Assembly: GCA_964361825.1 (NCBI GenBank)
Contig: CAYICB010000001.1
Span: 30,644-94,643 of the forward strand
Direction of reading: 5' to 3'
Length of the DNA stretch: 64,000 nt
Source of the DNA: an uncultured Candidatus Saccharibacteria bacterium
GTDB taxonomy: Bacteria; Patescibacteriota; Minisyncoccia; Phycocordibacterales; JACOZG01
Shown in pieces: positions 63,043 through 64,000 of the stretch (position 1 is the stretch's first letter; every line of letters begins with the position of its first letter). Below the pieces are notes generated by a model. It was not told the DNA's origin. It saw only the letters and a list, made by a program, of their open reading frames with translations, and did no database searches. Both the position numbers and the translations under genes were made by a program.

Positions 63043-63999
63043 TTATTTTACGGCGTATTTTTGGCGGATTTTTTTCAGCTCCCCTTCTTCTACGGCTTCT
63101 TTTTTTTCTTTGCCCGCTTCCCCAAGTTTTTGTAATTCCTGATCTGGCAGATTCGCTAGTTCTTTGGCACGCATTTCTAATGTTTCAACTGTATTTAACT
63201 CTGGTTTATCAAGAACTTCTTCAAGTAAAGCGTGGAGAATTTGACCAATTTTTGGTCCCGGGGGCGTTTTAGTCACTTCGATGATCCGCGCACCATTGAT
63301 TTTTAACATCGCAACAGAAGTGGGGCTACGCAAGGCTTCTTCGATCATCGATTCATATTTTCTTAGACGGTAGGGACTCTCTTTTGGTCTACCCATGCCA
63401 ATTCGATCGCAGTTTCGTACTTTCATTAGATCCCAAACCAGTTCCTGACCCACATTACGGATAATTCGCCTTACGGCCGAGAGAGTGATTTTTTCGATAT
63501 CGGTAAAAAACATGTGATTTCTGACCAGTTTCTCCACTGTTTCTACTATTTTGCTAGAAAACTTAAGACGCCCCATGGCCTTTCGGGCCATTTTAGCCCC
63601 AACCACATCGTGTCCATAGAAGGTCCAATCCCCTTTCTCCTCCCCCCACTTTCTGGTTTTAGGCTTCCCGATATCGTGGAATAGGGCAGCCAGTCTCACG
63701 TGAAACTCAAAATTCTTATCTGCTGAATGTTGGAGCACTCGTAGGGTGTGTTCCCAAACATCATATTTATGATCGCCGTTCTGTTTCATCCCTATCCCCT
63801 CCGCTAGTTCTGGTAAAAATTGGCCTAAAATACCCAGTTTATGGCTTAAAATAAGACCAACCATGGGTTGTTTAGACATAATAATTTTGCCAAATTCATC
63901 TCTAATCCTTTCGGCCGAAATTTTTTGTAATAAAACAGATTGTTCGGTGATGGCATTAGCAGTCTCGGTGTTTATCGTGAAACCTAATTCCGTGGCCAA
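63043..63999 (-). CDS. CCA-adding tRNA nucleotidyltransferase with HD domain (5' part outside window)
   Basis: IS.ERIRDEF, H.YDV.EH, ALFHDIGKP, FYGH. Confidence 0.88.
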   Translation of the reverse strand: MATELGFTINTETANAITEQSVLLQKISAERIRDEFGKIIMSKQPMVGLILSHKLGILGQFLPELAEGIGMKQNGDHKYDVWEHTLRVLQHSADKNFEFHVRLAALFHDIGKPKTRKWGEEKGDWTFYGHDVVGAKMARKAMGRLKFSSKIVETVEKLVRNHMFFTDIEKITLSAVRRIIRNVGQELVWDLMKVRNCDRIGMGRPKESPYRLRKYESMIEEALRSPTSVAMLKINGARIIEVTKTPPGPKIGQILHALLEEVLDKPELNTVETLEMRAKELANLPDQELQKLGEAGKEKKEAVEEGELKKIRQKYAVK

Positions 64000-64000
64000 A

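Noticed and set aside
1-64000. Alternative genetic code (UGA=Gly, as in Gracilibacteria/Absconditabacteria)
   Set aside because: Conserved genes are full length under code 11 and several end in TGA at their expected C-termini.

Overview
Chromosomal window from what looks like a Patescibacteria (CPR, Parcubacteria-like) genome using the standard genetic code. The taxon is inferred from gene content and style only. The window spans the replication-origin region (dnaN-oriC-dnaA / rpmH-rnpA-yidC), many housekeeping genes (ruvABC, polA, holA, xth, mutM, murE, tyrS, pbp, pcrA, rsmA, xer, CCA-adding enzyme), two tRNAs and a CPR-type VirB4/PrgI/VirB6/pilin secretion-like cluster. The highlight is a complete diversity-generating retroelement (DGR) at about 14.1-16.8 kb, with RT, Avd, a 123-bp template repeat (TR) and a target gene whose variable repeat (VR) differs from TR at 14 positions, all TR adenines. 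Its layout is unusual: avd is inverted and lies between TR and RT. A (GTCA)7 microsatellite sits just after the probable avd ATG and currently frameshifts it; losing one unit would restore the frame, suggesting a slipped-strand ON/OFF switch for hypermutation. Other observations are a second, orphan DGR-target-like gene sharing an upstream motif with the target, two promoter-driven structured ncRNA candidates, a tRNA-Arg(GCG), a pervasive leaderless-promoter signature, in-frame palindromic insertions in core genes and an unannotated hyper-acidic 40-aa ORF. Protein family calls come from recognising motifs by eye; no database searches were run.
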